The notes under the pieces are model-generated. The model saw nothing but the letters and a program-made list of their open reading frames with translations. It searched no databases and was not told the origin of the DNA. This document shows, piece by piece, positions 58,979 to 64,000 of a stretch of 64,000 nucleotides of DNA; position 1 is the stretch's first letter, and the number at the start of each line of letters is the position of its first letter. This stretch comes from Amoebophrya sp. A120 (Eukaryota > Protista > Dinoflagellata): positions 4,304,258 through 4,368,257 of the forward strand of contig CAJINV010000007.1 of NCBI GenBank assembly GCA_905178155.1. The letters are read 5' to 3'. A program made the translations under genes and the position numbers.

Positions 58979-61771
58979 TCAAATAACGCGATCAAACACG
59001 GCAAAAGTCTCAATGTGGTCCGCTCCGGGGAAGAGCACAAAGCCCTCGGCTCTGGTCAACTTCCACATCCCGCTGGAAACCAACTTTTCGCAATCTCGCT
59101 TGAACGCGGGGAATCCGCAACTGATGTAGATGACACGCTGCGGCGGGGACGATAAGCCGCTTTTCTTCCCGCTAGCGGTGGGAATCGCTCCTGTCTTCTT
59201 CTTTTTCGATGCGGACGGTTTATTTACAGAAGCATGATCATGATGAAGATCAGTTTTCATGTCCTGTTTCGTCAGTGCCTCGATCACTTCTGCGTCCAGT
59301 CCTTTCCTTGGTGGGTCCACGATCAGGACGTCATAATGCGGAATCCGGTCCACCATCTCCTTTGCGGGCTTCGGCGTGTAGGTAATCTCGGTTTGCTGAA
59401 AGATAGACGACGGGCGGCTACCAGCGCTACTAGCCTTGTTGTGCGGTGGCACGGCAGCTGCACCACCCGCAGTCGAGCTCGAGCACTGCTCCATCAGTGC
59501 CAGACTCTTCTCAAAACAGGCCTTGTTGAATGGGTTCGCGTCCGAGCATTCGTAGCGGGAAATCAAAGCCTCTGTCCTTTGAGGAGCTTTCGGGTCCTTC
59601 GCCGAAGTCTGTGCTGGCCCATTGTTTTTGTCGCTTGGTGTGGAGGCGGGGGCCTGCGTTGTACAATTCAACAGCTGCAGGCCGATAGTCCCAACCCCGC
59701 CGTACAGCTCCAGGACGCTGATGGTGTTCTTGTTGGCTTCAGCAGCTTCGTCAGTGTTGTGTGCCTCCTTCTTGTCTTTCAAGGAATGCTCAGCACCACT
59801 CCCACTCTTGCCCGCCTTCGCCGCCGCACTCGCCTTCGCCGCCGCAAAGCCGACGACGCACTCTCGCACCTTCAGACAGATCTGCCCAAATTCTTTCAGA
59901 TTCGCCTGTCGAAACACGTTCGGAGGGAGGAAAAGATACGGCGTTGTTCCATGATGATCCGCACTACCATTGCCTTTCACCATCCGCTCCAGCACACAAC
60001 CATCGTTCGGTCCGAACACGTTAAGCCACCTGCCGGTGTCCTCGAAAAAGCAGTTCCCATGGATCGAAAGTCGGTTACTGTGCACCCAGAGCGAGTGGAG
60101 GAAACAGGGTGAGGGTGATACGTTGTTGCTGGAAGATGTTGAGTCAGTGCCATTAGCTGCCATCTGCGTCATAATCTCGTGCACAAGCGTGCCTAGATTT
60201 TCGCATTTTTCGAACTCGTCGCTGTTCCAAACGAGCGTGATTTGCGCCCGATTCGTCGCCCTTTCCACGCCGAAAAAGACGTAGCGAAGCGTATCGGATT
60301 TTGTTTTTCGGAATTGAGGGTCGTGGAGAACAACAGGGTGTGAGGCTTTATTCGAGGTGGTGTCCCTAGAAGCCGTTGATGACACCCCTTTTGTTGTAGT
60401 AGCTTTGCCTAGTTCAGCTGGTTCTGTACTTGCTGAAGCTGCAACTTTTCTCTTTTTCCTGGGCGGCGGTGATACCTCTTCTTTTTCTTCAAACTCCACT
60501 TCCCCACGCTCTACAGCGGAACGAAAGTCTGGAACCCCGCACTGTTCGATACATTTGCGGAGGAACTGGATTGCGCGGTCCAAAACTGGGTGGTGTGCCT
60601 CAGACTTGTGTTTTTTCCGGCTTAAATCTACGAGCGTCATCGATTGTGAAGGAAGATGGGTCTTCTTGGTCGTGTCCACGGTCGAGGACGAACTGGGGCA
60701 CCTTGCGTGCTTACTGTGGCTTTTTGCCTTCTTTGCTCCAGCTGGTGCTGTCCCCGCCGCAGTCGGCTCCAGCATTCCGATTTCGCAGTGGCAGACTGGT
60801 TTTCTTATTCTTTGTGCACCTGCTCCTCCGGTGGTGACTTCGACCGCCGGAGCTGTGCCGGCGGAGCCCGGTTTGGAAACTGCCAGAGAGCTGGATAATG
60901 TTAATGCAGCTGAATCCGTGGCGGTTACCGTTACGGTTTTGCTAGAAGTGGTGCAAGAAGTTCGCGGCTTACCTGGGACCTGAGCTCCAAGGGACGAAGA
61001 TTGCAATCTATTCAAGGAAGCACCAGCGGCAGCACCCAGTAGCGACGCCTTTTCACACACAACCTGCTGGCACCGGCCGTAGGTGTCGAAAGTTACATCC
61101 TGTGCAGGCGCCTGCAGTGAAACATGAAAGCGCTCTTGCCGAGTCTGCGCCGTTGGTGTGCCCGCCACGGCTTGGAGTTCATCAGAGCCATCATATTCTT
61201 GTGAAACGGTAGGTCTAACTGCTTCGCATATTTCCTGTGCGTTAAATTGTCGCTCCCACCGTACCCAGGAACTGACAGACGGACCCCCTCGCCGACCCCA
61301 TGCTTGGCATTTATTGAGTTTAGTGTGGGCTAAGACCTGGAAAGTACATCTTGGTCTTGCTCGACTTCGATCTTCTCGTTCTTCTTCTTGCTTCGCCTTT
61401 GATGTTGTCTGCCAAGCCTTCGTCGCGAGATAGTTCGTCCGGACGTGCAACTTACTCACGGTTCGCCAGCCTTTTGTGCTGCCCAGATGCACGAGAAATT
61501 TTCGGTAATTCGGCAGTTGTGCAAAGAAGAACTCTTGTGCATCACTCACTGCCGGGCAAGATAGCGGGTGGTCGAGGTGCAACGCACTAGGGTCATTGGA
61601 CTTTTGCCGATTGTTTGCTAAACTTGTTTCGGACGCAGCCGTGTCTGCTCGTCGAATTCTTCTTTTCTCTGTTGTGTGCGGTTTCTCGTCCTTAATCTTT
61701 TCTCGATTCCTTTCTGTCGTGAGCGGTTTTTTTGAATGCCCACTCTCCCGCTTGCGCTCTGTGAGCATCAT
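58979..61771 (-). CDS. TrmA/RlmD-family RNA (uracil-5)-methyltransferase (930 aa, many low-complexity insertions)
   Basis: PPNVFRQAN, VLELYGGVGTIGL, YDVLIVDPPRKGL, RVIYISC (catalytic Cys), FPGADHIE. Confidence 0.9.
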   Translation of the reverse strand: MMLTERKRESGHSKKPLTTERNREKIKDEKPHTTEKRRIRRADTAASETSLANNRQKSNDPSALHLDHPLSCPAVSDAQEFFFAQLPNYRKFLVHLGSTKGWRTVSKLHVRTNYLATKAWQTTSKAKQEEEREDRSRARPRCTFQVLAHTKLNKCQAWGRRGGPSVSSWVRWERQFNAQEICEAVRPTVSQEYDGSDELQAVAGTPTAQTRQERFHVSLQAPAQDVTFDTYGRCQQVVCEKASLLGAAAGASLNRLQSSSLGAQVPGKPRTSCTTSSKTVTVTATDSAALTLSSSLAVSKPGSAGTAPAVEVTTGGAGAQRIRKPVCHCEIGMLEPTAAGTAPAGAKKAKSHSKHARCPSSSSTVDTTKKTHLPSQSMTLVDLSRKKHKSEAHHPVLDRAIQFLRKCIEQCGVPDFRSAVERGEVEFEEKEEVSPPPRKKRKVAASASTEPAELGKATTTKGVSSTASRDTTSNKASHPVVLHDPQFRKTKSDTLRYVFFGVERATNRAQITLVWNSDEFEKCENLGTLVHEIMTQMAANGTDSTSSSNNVSPSPCFLHSLWVHSNRLSIHGNCFFEDTGRWLNVFGPNDGCVLERMVKGNGSADHHGTTPYLFLPPNVFRQANLKEFGQICLKVRECVVGFAAAKASAAAKAGKSGSGAEHSLKDKKEAHNTDEAAEANKNTISVLELYGGVGTIGLQLLNCTTQAPASTPSDKNNGPAQTSAKDPKAPQRTEALISRYECSDANPFNKACFEKSLALMEQCSSSTAGGAAAVPPHNKASSAGSRPSSIFQQTEITYTPKPAKEMVDRIPHYDVLIVDPPRKGLDAEVIEALTKQDMKTDLHHDHASVNKPSASKKKKTGAIPTASGKKSGLSSPPQRVIYISCGFPAFKRDCEKLVSSGMWKLTRAEGFVLFPGADHIETFAVFDRVI

Positions 61772-62227
61772 CGCTGCACCCTGCTGGAATGGACAAGCGT
61801 TTCGGATTCTGTTATTTCACAGGACTGGGTAGTTCTCCTTCTCGATCATCTTCGTGCTGCCTGCATGTGCATGCATTCCTCTCGGTAACTTCATATCACG
61901 ATATTCATGTTCGAAGCTTCATGGTCTGTCTTCTAGATCTAGTACTTACTGGCAGTGGCACTGGCTTTATGTGCAACTTCATCATAAAATATCCGCGCCG
62001 ACCCAAGACCACATATTTTGCTTTTGATTTTGGCTACACGAATGATCGATGACGATCGATCCGTTTTGTTTGACCTTAATCGAGGAAAAAAGAAACGAGC
62101 ACTCTCTGGTGGTGCCCTATCTTATTATATCTTTGTGTGCTTCTTGATGCTCTGACGGCTAGCGATAGCGTTTCTATTTCAATTTTCTTTTTTTCGTCTA
62201 AGTGGTCTCTAGTCTTACTGATCTTTT

Positions 62228-62287
62228 TTTCTTTCTTCCTTTCTTTCCATGCCCGGGCATGGCGTCAAATTTCAAGGCCCTAAAAGA
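62228..62287 (-). repeat. Dispersed repeat copy 3 (TTTC tract + CCATGCCCGGGCATGGCGTCAAATTTCAAGGCCCTAAAAG)
   Basis: ~40-bp core matches copies at 19541 and 20621. Confidence 0.85.
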
Positions 62288-63519
62288 TCTACCGGAGTCT
62301 CAATTTCTTCTCTCCCGTGTCTGGATCATAAATCATGATTTTGGTTCGCTCGAACGAACCAGGACAAGCACGGTGCGGTGAGATCTGATCATAATATTTT
62401 TTCTACTATCTCCGGGATGCCAGACGCAAATTCAAATTTCGGCTTCCACTTCTGTCTTGTTCTCTCACGTTTCATCCAACTTTCAGTTTGCTGTGACTGA
62501 ATTCATTCTACCATCAATAATGTCAAGCTCGCGCTAAGCATAAGCTTCTTTTGTGGCATGTACCTGGAGCCTTTAGCAGGATGATAGCGATCGATTTTCG
62601 ACGAAAACCGACTACGCTTTATTCAATAACTCTTCAAGTTCAACACCATGGACGAGCCAAGGGGCCCATATATAAAACACTTCATACATGCCAAACAGGT
62701 GTGACCACGATGGGGGGCTTCTTACTTTTCACCGAGGTAGATAGTGAGGAGCTTCTTTTTTATTTCTTCGTATTTTTTATTTCAATCCGTGGCCGTGGTC
62801 TAGCGACATTTGCTTGGCACCGTAGATAATCGCATAGGTTCTTCTTGTTGTGTGCTTCGTAATTCGGGAATGTGTTCTTGATCCCTGATGAACGAACTCG
62901 GCCGGTGCCTTCCCGCTGTGATCACAAAACAACAAAAAGAATAGTTACGATCACGATGTCTCAAAATAGACGCGCAGAGGTGGGAGCGCGTTCTTCTTCC
63001 TTATCCTTTACTTATTTATCAACGTTTATGAAAAATCATGAGCTACTACAACTACTACAATACCCTTTATACTACACGGCAAGGAGCAGGATGAATGCGA
63101 TTGAAGTATCCGGCAAGGAATGCAATTGACGTAGGTATGGCCCGACTTCTGCTAGTATGTGAAATCTTACTGGTAAGGAAAGTCCGAAAATTTTATTAGT
63201 AAGCTGCGTTACTAGTAATTTGGACCAATTTAATCCACACCTTGTTTTGTAATTGTTCTAAACAAACTTTAAACAAAAGCCAGAAGCGTCAAACTATTGA
63301 GATCTTCCAGATAGGACCCAGGACGGTTTTGATGTACGTTGGAAGTGAGCCTAGTATCGGCGCAAAGGCTCGTCCTCTACGCAGCGGTACGAAGATCTCT
63401 TTCGCTTGCGCTCGCTATGACATCCTTTCCCCGAAGAACAAAGCGAACAACTTCAGGACGTCTTTCTTCATTAGTTCTATACCTAAAATTACTTTTTACT
63501 GTTCACATTCCCTTCATCT

Positions 63520-63945
63520 TCAGCGCGGGTGCTGCTGCGTTGCTGTGTAAAACTCGACTCCGCTCGTTTTGTCCACGCGAAACCATGTGGCGCTTCCCAA
63601 CTTGTTGTGGACCATCCTCCAAGTTGGCGAGAGAGGACTATGATTGATCGCCACAACTTTATGAAGCCCGTCGACCTCCGTGTCAGACGAAATGGTTGCG
63701 ATTCTGAACCCAAACGCTTCGCCTGCTCGCTTGACACTGAAGAGATTATAGTAACCGGTGCCACCACCTGCGGCGTTGCCGAGCTCCTGCGGATTTTTTT
63801 TCGCGATTAGATCGAAAAGCACATCCCTATCGCCTTTTGCCTCGTTCGTCGTTCCCGTGTTGATTTTCAACGGGGGAAGTAGGTCGGCAATGTAGCGCCA
63901 CTCCATACTGGCAAGTCTCCCCAGGGTCTTCTCCTGCCGACACAC
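63520..63945 (-). CDS. Possible exon of an unknown gene entering from beyond the window end
   Basis: 141-codon open frame with protein-like composition, same strand as its neighbours. No domain recognised. Confidence 0.35.
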   Translation of the reverse strand: MCRQEKTLGRLASMEWRYIADLLPPLKINTGTTNEAKGDRDVLFDLIAKKNPQELGNAAGGGTGYYNLFSVKRAGEAFGFRIATISSDTEVDGLHKVVAINHSPLSPTWRMVHNKLGSATWFRVDKTSGVEFYTATQQHPR

Positions 63946-64000
63946 ATCCTTTTTGCCCTGGTGTGTGAATGTGTGTTGTCATCTTTAAAGTAACATATTT

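Noticed and set aside
1-64000. Dinoflagellate spliced-leader relics, tRNA/rRNA genes, or an autonomous transposase
   Set aside because: None recognised by eye; a covariance-model and HMM scan would be needed to exclude them.

Overview
This is eukaryotic, intron-containing protist DNA, not prokaryotic. The TAT-initiated inverted-repeat introns match those published for the parasitic dinoflagellate Amoebophrya (strain A120 type); that assignment is inference. I rebuilt 13 genes by hand. A + strand block (2.7-19.0 kb) holds a SulP/SLC26-STAS-cNMP-EF-hand protein, a SAM methyltransferase, a calpain and an unknown secreted protein. It converges on an AT-rich island. A - strand block follows with an aldo-keto reductase, a DHYC-type palmitoyltransferase, an atypical Hsp70, a Cys/His/Met-rich secreted protein, a WSC protein, urocanase, a PDI-like protein, a giant ion channel and a TrmA-family methyltransferase. 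Highlights: (1) one ~4,300-aa reading frame joins a 6-TM K+ channel (TVGYGD filter) to a complete four-repeat Ca2+ channel (EEEE filter). (2) Nine MITE-like non-canonical introns (introners) have terminal inverted repeats and mostly 5-bp flanking direct repeats; one family occurs in both orientations, and each element restores the frame when removed with one repeat unit. (3) A GCAT(G/C)ACA motif is shared by these introners and several canonical GT-AG introns. (4) A three-copy hairpin+(GAAA)n repeat resembles a LINE/SINE 3' end. All splice models come from frame reasoning only, with no transcript data.
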